From Mustelus asterias (lineage: Eukaryota): a DNA stretch of 64,000 nucleotides. The stretch's first letter is position 1; each line of letters starts with the position of its first letter. The translations under genes and the position numbers were made by a program. Of this stretch, positions 49,493-61,955 are shown one piece after another. The notes under the pieces are model-generated. The model had not been told where the DNA came from. It searched no databases and saw nothing but the letters and a program-made list of their open reading frames with translations. The stretch spans positions 57,970,001-58,034,000 of the forward strand of contig NC_135819.1 in assembly GCF_964213995.1 (NCBI RefSeq). Direction: 5' to 3'.

Positions 49493-51239
49493 ATAATGGG
49501 AGAAAGTGAATTTAAAAGGAAAGATTATATGATAGAACAGAGAAAAAAAAGGCTAAATTCACAAAAATATTATTTCCTTGGTGATAATTTCCTCAAATGC
49601 AAAACTTCTGAGCATTACTGTTTAGCTGAACATTTAAGCTGCAAATGCTGTAATACCTTTAACATTTGAAGCAAGTTTTCAAAGTTTTGGACAGACCAAT
49701 TTGAAAGGATGAACATTTTTCTTCCAGCCTTTAGCTTCACAATCCTACAAGTCCTACTCTGGACATCAACACAGGCTACTTTAGAACAGCAACTAATCAG
49801 GAGGCATCCCCTAATCTCATTATTGGAAAATATGGATTCAGCACTACTGTTGTTAGGTCCAGATGTCACAACAACATCAAAGAATAAATACTTGCCCAGT
49901 TGGAATCCTGGGTATCTTTGCATTCTCAGTATTATTAATTATTCATAGAACCCCCTGTAATCATTTTTGAATATATTTCTCTGCTTCCTTCTGATATAAA
50001 GATTAGCAGTTATCCTGTTTTGCATTGAAATGGTGGAAGTAAACTGACTTACCATTGCCTTAATGTTCTTTAACTATTTGTCTGGGCACACTCCCAGATG
50101 AATTAATTTCCTTTAAAAAAATTGAGATTCATGTGATTTAAAAGTCAAGATGGCAGCAACAGCATTTTCAACAAAACAGATGATTGAAATTTATAGATTT
50201 TAGCGAAACCCTTTTTTCAGGTGAACTTAATAAAGGATAGATTACTTTTCATTTTTAAAACGCTTTGTCTTAGCTCATGAAACAATTTAAAATACCACCA
50301 CATGTACTTCTGTTCTGATCGTGTTGCACTAATTCTACAGATTGTCATTTCAGTGCTGAAATGCATTTTATATTAGAAGTCAAGAGAGCATTTGTGAGCA
50401 TGTGGGTGTGATGGAAGACTTATTCTGTTGGTATTTTTTTAAGAGCTGGTAAATTAATGGCTTCCTGAAAACAATGAAGAAAGTATAGGAAACAGAAGCA
50501 TGGAGTATAAAACAACTGCTATATACTGTGGTTAGTTAACAGCTTCACAGCAGTATATTATGCCACTGATCAGACCTATTTCTGAGAGACTTGAATTTCA
50601 TTCTCTTTGTGGGTTGTGCAGCTTTCCAAAAGAATTAACGATTGGGACAAGTGTGTGTTTCAGATCCACAATCTCTAGGAGATGGTTTAAATTTGTTCTT
50701 GTTGATTTTCTTTCACACTCTTCAAGCTCTTTCAGCAGTATTAGACTTATCCTTATTTCTTTTAAGAGTGAATGGATACTACATAAATTGACAAAATGTT
50801 GAAGTAATGCAGTAAAATAACAAAATTTATGTATTTATGAATGATTGTGCTGAGCATTCTTGTATTATATTTCAGATTATATGTATTTTTAAAGATGCAT
50901 TTAATTGAGGTCCTTGAAGTAACTACTAACAGGCAAGATTTTGGATTTTGCTGTACCAATGGAATAACAGCAGGGCTGTGCTCAGACGCTCTATTACAGT
51001 ATTGGCTAAGACCAAAAATTGTCTGTGTGAAGTGTGGATGTTGCAGGTGCAAGCTGCATTTTACTTGCAGATGGGGAAATATTTAGTTAACACATAATTA
51101 TCTGAATGTGATTTATGAAATTAAATTCCATGCCAGTTGTAGAGCAGGTGGTCACGTGAACGCTGGGTACAACCCTCCATTGCCTCTATGCAGTCAGATT
51201 GCTTGCCAGATGTACAGTGTTGTATGAACTGCAATTTCC

Positions 51240-52690
51240 TCCAATTAAACAAGCCATCATCTTTATCCTCACCACGAACTCTCTACCCTTGCCTTTTGGA
51301 TCCACCCTCCACCCAGCCACAAACTCGGGTTGAATTAGACTGTTTGCCCTAAGCTGAGATTCCAACCCACATTCTCTCCATCACAAAGACTGCCTACTTG
51401 CACATTTCCTGCCCCTGCCTCAGCCCAATTGCTGCTGGAATTCAATCATACCGTTGTAACCTCCTGATTCAACTTTTCAAGTGATGTCATTGCCCCCATT
51501 CTATCCTTCATAAACTTCCACAAAATGCTTTCTCTTTATCCTATCAGAACACCAAAAACTGCTGTCAGATCATTACTATCTTGTTGACCTCTTGTGGTTT
51601 TCTGTTCCCAATGCCTCCAATTTAAAATTCTCATCCTTGAGTTTTAATCCCTTCATGGCGTCACCCCATAAATAAGGCTGTAACCTCCTCAGCCCTACTC
51701 CTCCCCATTTTATCAATTCTAGCATCAAACTTTCCATTTTATCAATTCTAGCATTGTATTCCCCCTTTGCCTGATCAAAGACAATCATGTCTTCAGAGAT
51801 CTAAGGGTACACGTTCATAGCTCCTTGAAAGTGGAGTCACAGGTGGACAGAGTGGTGAAGAAGGCATTCGGCATGCTTGGTTTCATCGGTCAGAACATTG
51901 AATACAGGAGTTGGGACGTCTTGTTGAAGTTATACAAGACGTTGGTAAGGCCACACTTGGAATACTGTGTGCAATTCTGGTCACCCTATTATAGAAAGGA
52001 TATTATTAAACTAGAAAGAGTGCAGAAAAGATTTACTAGGATGCTACCGGGACTTGATGGATTGAGTTATAAGGAGAGGCTGAATAGACTGGGACTTTTT
52101 TCACTGGAGCGTAAGAGGCTGAGGGGTGACCTAATAGAGGTCTATAAAATAATGAGGGGCATAGACAAGGTAGATAGTCAACATCTTTTCCCAAAGGTAG
52201 GGGTGTCTAAAACTAGAGGGCATAGGTTTAAGGTGAGAGGGGAGAGATACAAAAGTGTCCAGAGGGTGGTGAGTGTCTGGAACAAGCTGCCAGAGGTGGT
52301 AGTAGTAGAGGTGGGTACAATTTTATCTTTTAAAAAGCATTTAGATAGTTAAATGGGTACGATGGGTATAGAGGGATATGGGCCAAATGCGGGCAATTGG
52401 GATTAGCTTAGCGGTTTTTAAAAAAAGGGCGGCATGGACAAGTTGGGCCGAAGGGCCTGTTTTCATGCTGCAAACCTCTATGACTCTATCAGCCCATGTT
52501 CTGAAATTCTCCTTTTAACTTCTCCATCATCTTCCTCCTCAAAAATCACACCTTTGATCAAGCTTTTGATTACTTGTCCTGATACCTCCTCTTTTGCTCA
52601 GCATTTATTTCTGTCTAATTGCACCTCAGTAAAGCACCTTGAAATTTTTTTCCTGTTAAAAGCACCTTGTAACTACAAGCTGTTGTTGTT
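51240..52690 (+). mobile_element. Old L2-like LINE 3' region split by a CR1
   Basis: 'ctccatcacaaagactgcctac', 'aatttaaaattctcatcctt..tttaatcccttcatggc', and an L2-type end 'gtaaagcaccttg..aaagcaccttgtaactacaagctgttgttg'. Confidence 0.6.
51795..52490 (+). mobile_element. Young 5'-truncated CR1
   Basis: VRPHLEYCVQFWSP, LFSLERKRLRGDLIEVYK; tail ctctatgactctat. A small deletion near 52260 removes the usual GNFFT segment. Confidence 0.93.
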
Positions 52691-53284
52691 TCTATGCCCC
52701 AGGCATAGAGATGATGAATAAGAATAAATTTGATTTATATAAATAAATATGAAGAAGATTAAAGTGAAAAAATTGAATATGACATTCATGACTAATGTAA
52801 TAGAACTGTATATGTAACCAAGCAATGGAACACATCCACATTTTTCATTCTGGGATTTGTACTGAGGCATTTAACTGCTGTATTATAACAGTGAAACGAT
52901 GGAAAATTAGGAATGGGCTGCACATGAATTAATGCTGCCAACAGAGTGATTTCTTCCATAATACTTTCTGGGATGAATTCATCAAAATCTTGAAGTATAT
53001 TCAAGAAGTAACTTTGTACATTATTTCAGCCCTAAATAAAATGTATGATTATGAAGCCTGCCCTAAATAAAATGTATGATTATGTCCTGCTCTATCTCCA
53101 ATCATGTACTGCAGCACTCTTTTCACATCTAATAATATATTCAACAAGACAAATAACCAAATTATCCATCTTGGCTATTGGGCCAATTGCACCCACACTT
53201 CATTGATTTTTTTTTTTAAATTAGCATTATAAACAATACATGACTTAATCAAAGAGCCATGCTCTCTCGGTATTGCCCTCTGGG

Positions 53285-53457
53285 CCACCTGATGCGCTCC
53301 GAAAGCTTATGGTATTTGCTACCAAATAAACCTGTTGGACTTTAACCTGGTGTTGTGAGACTTTCTACCTGATGAAGGAGCAGTGCTCCGAAAGCTAGTG
53401 GCTTGTGCTACCAAATAAACCTCTTGGACTTTAACCTGTTTTTGTGAGACTTCTTAC
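53285..53457 (+). repeat. Two tandem Penelope-like terminal repeat units, each with a hammerhead motif
   Basis: Units 53287-53366 and 53367-53457: acctgatg..gctccgaaagct..gctaccaaataaacct.ttggactttaacctg..ttgtgagactt. Confidence 0.8.
53365..53401 (+). ncRNA. Minimal type I hammerhead ribozyme motif
   Basis: Stem I CTAC/GTGG, core CTGATGA (53369-75) + A, stem II GGAGC-agt-GCTCC, GAAA (53390-93), palindromic AGCT in place of stem III, predicted cleavage after CTA (A53397). Confidence 0.78.
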
Positions 53458-53770
53458 GGGGAATCTAGAACCAGGGGACACAGTCTCAGGATATGGGGTA
53501 GACCATTTAGGGCTGAGCTGAGGAAAAACTTCTTCAATCGAAGAATGAACCTGCGAAATCCTCTACCACAGAAGGCTGTGGAGACCAACTCACTGAACAT
53601 ATTCAAGGAAGAGAGAGATTTTTTTGAGATTTTATGGCATTAAGGGGTATGGGTAGAAAGGTGGGATATAGCATTGAGATTGAGGATTGGCCATGATCAT
53701 AGTGAACAGTGAAAAAGGCTCGAAGGACTGAAAGGCCTACTCCTGCTCTTAGTTTCTATGTTTCTACGTT
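53458..53770 (+). mobile_element. CR1 3' fragment
   Basis: GESRTRGHSLRI.GRPFR..LRKNFF; tail tttctatgtttcta. Confidence 0.8.
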
Positions 53771-54699
53771 TTATGTTTCCATGCTTTGGTCCATGATTAT
53801 ACTTGCCAAGGTAAGACAGTGGTCTGTTATTGCCTTCTAAACGTTCTGGCCAATAGACTCTCCTTCTCTTACGAACTGCCATAGGCATGTTGGAAGGGGT
53901 TACAGGTTGATAATCAACCCGAGTGGCCATGTTCTGGATATACCTTCTGTTGCCATCAAATCCTGGACTGAAATGTGAATTCTGGTCCAAAGGTTGGTAT
54001 GATACCAATGTGCCACAAAAAGATCACTATTTTACGTTAATTCTTATTAGAGACGAGTTTCCTTCTGAGGCCAATACTAAAAATACCGTGTCTTCATATC
54101 ATCCAGGACTTTTTGCAGTTGATATATATCAAAGCTCCAGTTTTTGTACCAATGCTTTCGTGTCTCATCAACAGCAAATAATTTTAATGCATTTACTTAT
54201 TTCAATTTCTGATGAGATAATTATGTTATTATCGATATATTCGCTGCTGGTGCATTTTCCTTTGGAGTGCTGGATTGCAGAATCATCCTTTCTGTATTGC
54301 TCAATATCCCTAGTATTTTAGTGTTGATTATAAACAATTAATGTTCAATGGGATGAAAATGTAGCAGTCTTTCAAATTGGCTTATATTACATAGTTTCCT
54401 AATGAGTTTCTAATATTGTTGATGCTTTCATTGCATTTGATTATTTTCTGGCTCTCCTTTTGATCCAGTACCCTGAAAGTCAGATCAAGGTGGTTATTTC
54501 ATCTTTTAAGTAGAATGTTCTATAATAATTGTTTGTTTGCTTGCTTGCTCGCAGATTTTGAGATTATCTACCTGACGGATGGTTTTTCCCCACTGGTTTA
54601 TTAAATGGAGAGAAGGACTTGTAGTTATATTGAGTTTTGCTGACTTACTATAGAACTGTTGTAATTGTTACACAGACAAATAGAATAATGATGTTGCCT

Positions 54700-54985
54700 A
54701 CATAAAGGCCTCACAGCATGAAATCCAATTGTGGTGATGCTCTTTGAGGAATATGGGTGGCAATATTGTTTTGATTACTGAGTTTTTGCATTCACCTGAA
54801 CCACTAGAACAAGTGAAGAGAGCTGCTGTTTAATAGTTTAATATCTCATCTGGTGAAAAATGCCTCCTAAAATGGAACACTCCCTTCGTAGTGTACTAGT
54901 TACAAACTCAAGTCAGAGCATGGGGTTTGACCTCACAGCTGTCAGATTCAGATGGAGGGTGCTTCCAATTGCGTCAAACTTCCAT
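54700..54985 (-). mobile_element. Decayed Deu-domain SINE
   Basis: Reverse-complement blocks 'tttaatatctcatct..gaaaaatgcctcc..acactcccttcgtagtgtact', 'ctcaagtc..ggggtttgacctcaca'. Another copy is at ~46780-47005. Confidence 0.5.
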
Positions 54986-55614
54986 TTAGTTGCCAAAATG
55001 AAAACATTGAACCATGTAAAAAAAAATTAAACCAGTCGCCACAGATTTTCTTAAGTCGGGCATGGATTTGGAGCATATTGTTTAATGGGGAATTGAATTA
55101 TAGATGGAAAAGTCTGGCTTTCCAGCCAAGTCTCTTTTGAATTCCTGATATTGATATCATTAACAAGTCAGAAATGAGTTATTATGGGTTTATGCTTGTC
55201 TACCACTGAGATAGAGAAGTAGCTTTTAGCTCTCATGGAGTGTTACAGTATTACACATGATGAACTTTGTTGTTCTTTTAAAGAATGCTCTTTCTCTCTT
55301 TGCATTACCATTCTGCCTCATTGCTATCCTCCTTCAACCAACAGTAAAATTTTGTGTGCATCTGTTAACCTCCATGATATCATGACGTTATTGAGTGTGA
55401 CATTTGCCTCAGACTCGCAGTTGAGAAACCACAATGTAAGGGTTGATATTCTAGTTACCAATTTCTAGTTTATTTTGTGTTCCTCACTTATACATTCTGC
55501 CTACTTGATCCTTTCTTGTCTAATCTGCCTATTTATGTCTACATTTAATACTTAATGACAACCAATGTCAACATCCAGGAATGCAAACAACAGACCCACA
55601 AATTATACAAGAGA

Positions 55615-55955
55615 TATCATAAAATTCCTATAGTGCAGAAGGAGGCCATTCAGCCCATTGAGTCTACACCAACCGCTCCAACATCTTATCCAGGCCCACC
55701 TGGCACCCTATCCCCACGTATTTACCCCACTAATTCCCCTAGCCTACACATCTTTGGATACTAAGGGGCAGTTTAGCATGACCAGTTCACCTAACCTGCA
55801 CACGTTTGGACTGTGGGAGGAAACCGGAGCACCTGGAGGAAACCCACACAGACACGGGGAGAACTTGCAAGCTCCACACAGATAGTCACCCATGACAGGA
55901 ATCAAACCCAAGCCCCTGGCGCTGTGAGGTAGCAGTGCTAATCACTGTGCCACCC
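55615..55955 (-). mobile_element. HE1-like V-SINE
   Basis: Reverse-complement head ggtggcacagtgattagcactgc, V domain and CR1-type tail. Confidence 0.9.
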
Positions 55956-56364
55956 CATATGTATATATGGACAATAATTTGAAGACATTTTGCCAATGCA
56001 GGTCAGGAAGAATAAGATGTAAACACATCAGAAGAGAAAAGAGACATGGAGGCAGATTGATTGGGTGAATGAGAAAGTAGACCTAAAGGACATTGGTCAT
56101 CAAAAAGGTAACAATTCAACCATTTTGCGCATTAGACTTCAAAGAAATGAACAGCATTGGCATCAAACATTGGTTATCAAAGATCAGGAAAAGAAGCCTA
56201 AAAAGCAGTGTTGAAATTATATTCAGATAGAAAAAAAACTGAAGACTGAAAGACAAAAACATGAGAGTCAGCAAATTAGAATAAATATAGTTCAAAATTT
56301 ACACAAGTATGTGAAGAGTTGTAATGCTTAATACTTTCGTTTCCTCATGTATCTACATGTTATT

Positions 56365-59320
56365 GGGCCAGAGTGTGACTTGGTTGGCTGATGGCTACCT
56401 CCCCCCACATGACAGGTAGCCAAATAAGAGCTTCTATGGAAAACACCAGCGAAGCTCGACCAAAATTTTCCACTCCATAGTTAGACCCTCTGTGGTGGGC
56501 AAAATATATCTGGGGATGGAGGCAAAGAAGGGGGCGAGGGTGACCAGTTCTTCTGGTTCTTCTGGTGGCAGAGAAGGGGGCAAGGGTGACTCGCCACACC
56601 AAGGATCTACCATTGATGAGTCTCCTACCTACACATGAGTGGGAGGCAATGCAAGGCAAGGCAGCCATTGTCCAGAGAACTCATCCACCATATATGCCAC
56701 ATGCTTCGAGGAGAGCTGACACCACATGGGTTTGGAGGCTTCCCCCTGCCAGTGTCCTGAAAATGATGGAAGCATTTTATTCCTTTGCCTCTTGATCTTT
56801 CCAGGGATCAGCTGGGGCTCTGTGCAACCTATCTCAGTTGGCAATACATTGCTGCATTGATGCGCGTTATCACACACGAGGCTGAAGTTCAGGAAATAAA
56901 GGCTTTTATTTGCTGTAACAAGGCAGCTACTAATTATATACACGATCCCAGACTGAGGGGTCCCAGACAGAGCAGAGACCTTTATACCTCTCCCAGGAGG
57001 CGGAGCCCGACTGGGATGTACCACAATACTATAATACAAAGGTGTAACAACCCAACCCTAACCCCAACAGCAACAAGTAGAACAACCCATCCCTAACCCC
57101 AACAGCAACATATATACATACTTGTAGTACTGGCCAGACCCTGGCTCAGTACTATCTAGTGGGAACCAACGATGGTTCACCACATGCATAAAGGAGGTTA
57201 CGATGCCCTCTGCAGGAAAGCCAATCATTATGTAAATAGTCTTCTGAAGGAATCAGACTCAGTGATTAATGATTCGCAGCTGTCTCACGCTATCCAAAGA
57301 TGCAGAGTACAATTGTCTGCACCCATGTGGCTTTCCGGGTTCCCTGGTAGCAGGTCTTAATTTTCATCAACCATAAGGACTTCCATTCCATCAGTGTGCA
57401 GTTGGTGTGTGACCATTGCAAGCAACCCTAAGAATGTGTGCATGGTTCCCAGGGAGCTGCCATGACTCCTACATCCTCAGTCAATTCCAGGTTCCAGGGA
57501 TCTTTGAGGGGCCAGATGTCTACAGGGATGGTTATACGGGAATAAGGGCTACCCACTTAAACACTGGCTAATTACTCCGGTGCATCGTCCTCAGACTCCC
57601 GCCGAGGAAACAACACAGCTCATGCCACTGCACACTCCCTCATAGGACAGACCACAAGACCTTTGAAAATGCAATTCAGATGCCTGGACTGCTCAGATGG
57701 CTCTCTGCAATACATACCAAAGAGGGTGGCATCATATGAATGTTCATCTAGTATGAGATAGGCTGAATCTTGGGGTAAAAGGATTACAAAAATCCAAACC
57801 AAAATGCTTCCATCTGACCCTAACATTCATATACCCATGGAATAGTTTTCCAACAGTGCGACATATTTGGTGATAGAGGACCTGTGACCCTGAGGTAACA
57901 TCAAAACTTCTTAACCTTACCATAACATCTTGGTCCAGCCCCAGTAGCTGCAGAAGAGGTGGAGGTAATCTGCTGACTGCTACATCCTGATGCCTTTGAT
58001 GACCTTGGTCCGAGTGGCCCGAGCCCTGGAGGGGCCTGGACCCATAAAGGTCTCATGGTTGTGCTGCTGGAGTTGTTGTGGACACAGGCAGAGGGAACTC
58101 TGAATGGTTGTGCACCCTTGGACTTCTTGAGTAGAGGCCCCTGGAAGTTCAGGCTGACGCTCATCCAGAGGGCCCCTGTCTAAGTCCTACAGGATAAGGG
58201 ACACCTGAAGGGAGTTCAAGATGCTTCATCCTCATGTGACCTACATTCTGATGGTGGCCACCAATGTGTGTGACCATGGAGTGAAGGCCTGCTGGACGAT
58301 GGTCTCCATGATGGTCAACAATCTTCCCATGGAGGCCTTGAGGCACCTGCATGTCAGAGCCCGACAGCAGACAAATATGGAGTGACTCCCTCTCCATGCA
58401 CTGTAGTCTGCTGAGAGACTCGCGAAGCTGTACCCAATGTCCTACTACCTGCCTTTACATCTCCACCAGTGAGGTGGCAGCCACTAGCCCTCCCAAGTGT
58501 TTGAGACCTGGACTGTCCTTGCCTCCAACTGATGCGGGGACTTGTCAGTGAGGTGTTCCCCAGAAAGTGGCCCCGAGTCTAAACTTGAAATATGCCCCAT
58601 CAAAGTGTGTATCTCTGTGCTAGTGCAGGTTTCAGGTGAACGATGTGATGATTATTCCTGAGCACCCTCATCCTCAGATATGCTCCAGAGTCTCAATTGC
58701 TGCTTAGCTGGCTAGCAGACCGCACGCAGTCTCCTAGTGCCTATAAAATACAAACTGACAGTTTCAGTGGAGAAGCGGAAGCTAATTCAGAGTACATTGC
58801 ATTCACTGTGAACTGATGGAGCTGAGATCCATTCTATGTTGTTGGGTGAGGCCAAGCTCAGGCACTATCCCTGTTTTCACTGGCAAGCAGTGCTGCAGTT
58901 GAGGCTGAAGATCACTGCTATCTCTCCCCCAATCTGGGCTTTTTCACGTATGTTGCACGAGTTTGGCCTGTATGGAGAGAAAAGAAAGACATGGTCAGAG
59001 GGGATGGAGCAGAGGTTGGATAAAATACATGTGCCCTATGTATGGTGTGTCCTACCCAGAGGGATGGAGAATGGAGTTTGAGCAACAAGACAGATGGGAT
59101 GGTGGTGTTCTGAAAGTCTTGTTTAGAGAGTAAGTATTGCTATGTGTCCTCCACGACTGAATGTGTGAGATCCACGAAGAGAGTAGCCATTTGAGTATTT
59201 GGTGCGATGCCAGGATGAGAGTTTGATAGTAGGGGGAGCTAAAGGAGGACTTACCCTGGCGGAGCAGATGAGATCATTCATTCACTTCTTGTACTCCGTG
59301 GCACTTGTTCAGATGCCCTA
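56365..59320. mobile_element. Decayed autonomous-type PIF/Harbinger transposon: HARBI1-like DDE transposase (+) convergent with Myb/SANT-like ORF (-)
   Basis: Plus strand: SFQGSAGALCNLSQ..HCCI|[59 protein letters not shown]. Minus strand at 59250-59310: MNDLICSAR followed by GTAAGT. Left boundary uncertain. Confidence 0.85.
56858..57184 (-). mobile_element. Solo LTR, 327 bp, inserted in the Harbinger transposase
   Basis: TG...CA termini, perfect 5-bp TSD TGCAT (56853-57 / 57185-89), TATAAA and AATAAA on the minus strand, CpGs retained. Removing it restores CCIKEV. Confidence 0.88.
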
Positions 59321-59330
59321 GTAGATCTTC

Positions 59331-61430
59331 GATTTGATTTATTATTGTCACATGTATTGGTATACAGTGAAAAGTAGTTTCTTGCGATCTTGGGCAGAGC
59401 AAGCTGTGATACAACAAGAAAGAATGTTTTCTATGGTGCATCCGTAAAGGTTGGTGGGAGTCGTAGCAGACATGTCAAATTTCCTGAGAAAGTAGGTGGG
59501 TTTTCGTAACTATAGCGTCAGTCTGGAGGGACCAGGAGAGGTTGTTGGTGAGGTTGTTGGTGATCTAGAAACTTGAAGCTCTCGACAATTTCCACTTCAT
59601 CCCTGTTGAGGTAGATAGGGGTATATCCTCCACTGCGCTTCCTGAAGTCAATGACTATCTTCTTCGTTTTTACTGACATTGAGGAAGAGATTATTGTCGT
59701 TGCACCAATTCACCAGATTCTCTATCTCATTCCTGTACTCCATCTCATTGTCGTTTGAGATCCGACCCACTACAGTGGTGCCATCAGCAAATTTGAAAAT
59801 CGAATTGGAGGGGAATTTGGCCACATAGTAATAAGTGTGTAAGGGGTATGGTAAGGGGCTAAGGAACACAGCCTTGCAGGCCATCGGTGTTGTGGATAAT
59901 CGTGGAGGAGGTGTCATTATCTATCCTTACTGATTGCGGTCTGTGAGTTAGGAAGTCTCGGGTCCAGTCTCAGAGGGAGGAGCTGAGCCCAGTTCATGGA
60001 GTTTGGAGATGAGTCTTATAGGAATAATCATGTTGAAGGCTGAACTGTAGTCAATAAATAGGAGTCTGACGTAATTGTCTTTGTTAGCCAGGTGTTCCAG
60101 GGTTGTGTGTAGGGCCAGGGAGATGGCTTCGGCTGTGGTCCTGTTGCGGCGATAGGCAAACTGTAGTGGATCTAGGCAATCTGGAAGGCCATGACTAACC
60201 TTTCAATGCATTTCATAATGATGGGTGTCAGAGCCACTGGGCGCTAGTCATCAAGGCATGCTGCCTGGTTTTTCTTTGGTACAGGAATGAAGGTCATTTT
60301 CTTGAAGCAAGTAGGGACCTCGGATCGGTATAAGGAGAGGTTGAAGATGTTGGCAAATACCCCCGCCAGCTGGTTCTTGCAAGATTTGAGTGCTTGTCTA
60401 GATACCCCATCTGGGCCAGTCACTCTCCATGGGTTGACTTTCAAGGTGGCTGATCTGACATCTGCGATGGTGATCTCGAATATCGGTTCGGCCGAGGCTT
60501 CCGGGGCGGTGCTCTTGCTGACCTCTTGCTCCAAACGAGCATAGAATGCGTTGAGCTCATTGGAGAGGGGTTCATTTGTGCTGGCAATTCTACATGCCTT
60601 CATCTTGTAGCCTGTTACGTCTTGCACACTTTGCCATAGTTGGTGGGAGTCAATGTGGCTAGCCTGGGACTCTAGCTTGGTCTGGTACTGTCTCTTGACC
60701 TCTTTGATGATTCTTCGTAGATCATATCTGGATTTCAGGGTCACTTGACTGACTTGAACACCTCAGACCTGGATATCGCTGTTCATCCATGTTTTTCGGT
60801 TGGGAAACACATGGATTTGCTTCTTTGGCACGCAGTCTTCTAATCACTTACTAATGAAGTCTGTTACAATAGTGGCGTACTCATTCAGGTTGGTCGCTGA
60901 GTTCTTAAATACTGTCCACTGACTCGAAGCAGTGCCGTAGGAAATCATCTGACTCCTCAGACCAATATTGCACGACTTTCTTTATCAGATTATCCCATTT
61001 CAGTTTTTGTTTGTAAGCCGGGAGCAGGAGCACAGCCCTATGGTCTGATTTGTCAAAGTGTGGATGTACCATAGTGCGGTAGGCATGTTTGATGTTTGTG
61101 TAGCAGTGGTCTAGGATATTTGGGCCTCTGGTGGAACAGGAGACGTGTTGGTAATATCTTGGTAGGACACTCTTGAGCTTGGCTTGGTTGATGTCCTCAG
61201 CCATGACGAGCAAGGCCTCGGGGTGTTTCGTCTCGAGACTATTTTTGGTGGTATATATTTCGTCCAGCGCGGTCTTCACGTCCGCATGGGGTGGGATGCA
61301 AACTGATGTCAGGATAACAGGTGAACTCCCGCGGAAGGTAGTAGGGGCAGCATTTCAGTGTCAGGTATTCTACGTCTGGGGAGCGGAAACGTGCCAGTGT
61401 TGCTACGTCTGGGCGCCAAGAGGTGTTGGA
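59331..61430 (-). mobile_element. Rex1/Babar LINE (APE + RT), frameshifted, with internal deletion near the 3' end
   Basis: YQHVSCSTRGPNILDHCYTN..SDH, TGPDGV, VPTCFKK..IPVPKK, IFKFADGTTVVGRISN; GATTT tail. Lacks a block of the 3' region present in the 10.8-kb copy. Confidence 0.9.
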
Positions 61431-61694
61431 CTATACTCCTCCTGTGCAGTTTATCATTTCAAATTTATGCAACTATCGGAGGGATTACTACACAACTGTA
61501 GCTCAATTGACTGACCGTAACTTAATATAAATTAGGTTACTTAAGCATCCACCCTGCACTTTTTTGAGTCTGAAAATTGAGCAACAAATAGACATTGAAA
61601 CATGAAAAATGTTAAATTTTTAAAAATATCCAGTGTGATTCAAATCTGTGATTGTGGCAGTGCTATAGTTGTTACATCTGGGATATGTGTTATG

Positions 61695-61955
61695 TGCCAG
61701 TGTTGGCTCAATTGATAACACTCTCGCTTTCAAGCAAGAAGGCTGTGGGTTCAAGTTTTCTTCCAAGACCAAAGCACAAAGGTCAAGGTTAACACTGCAG
61801 AGCAATACTGAGGGAGAGTAGTACTGTAAGAGGTACTAAAGTCCGATCTGCCCTCGGAAAATGGCTACACTTTTAAAGTGCTTCATTGGCTATAAAGTGC
61901 TTCAGAACATCCTATGGTCGTGAAAGGTTCTGTATAAATGCAAGTCCTTTTTTTA
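61695..61955 (+). mobile_element. Deu-family SINE with internal deletion
   Basis: tRNA-like head tggctcaattg..gggttcaagt, 'gcaatactgagggag', tail 'cttcattggctataaagtgc..gtcgtgaaagg..tataaatgcaagtc'. Confidence 0.65.

Noticed and set aside
49615-49948. ORFs on both strands with an acceptor-like ttttcttccag
   Set aside because: No recognisable protein, weak donor, and several frames are equally plausible.
50515-50562. Imperfect hairpin (atatactg...cagtatat) as a pre-miRNA
   Set aside because: The stem is too short and irregular, and it matches no miRNA I recognise.
55960-56320. K/E-rich protein-like stretch as a host exon
   Set aside because: It ends in ..NLHKYVKS, a decayed CR1 ORF2 FYKYVK motif, so it is a LINE remnant. 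This also cautions against over-reading the other exon candidates.
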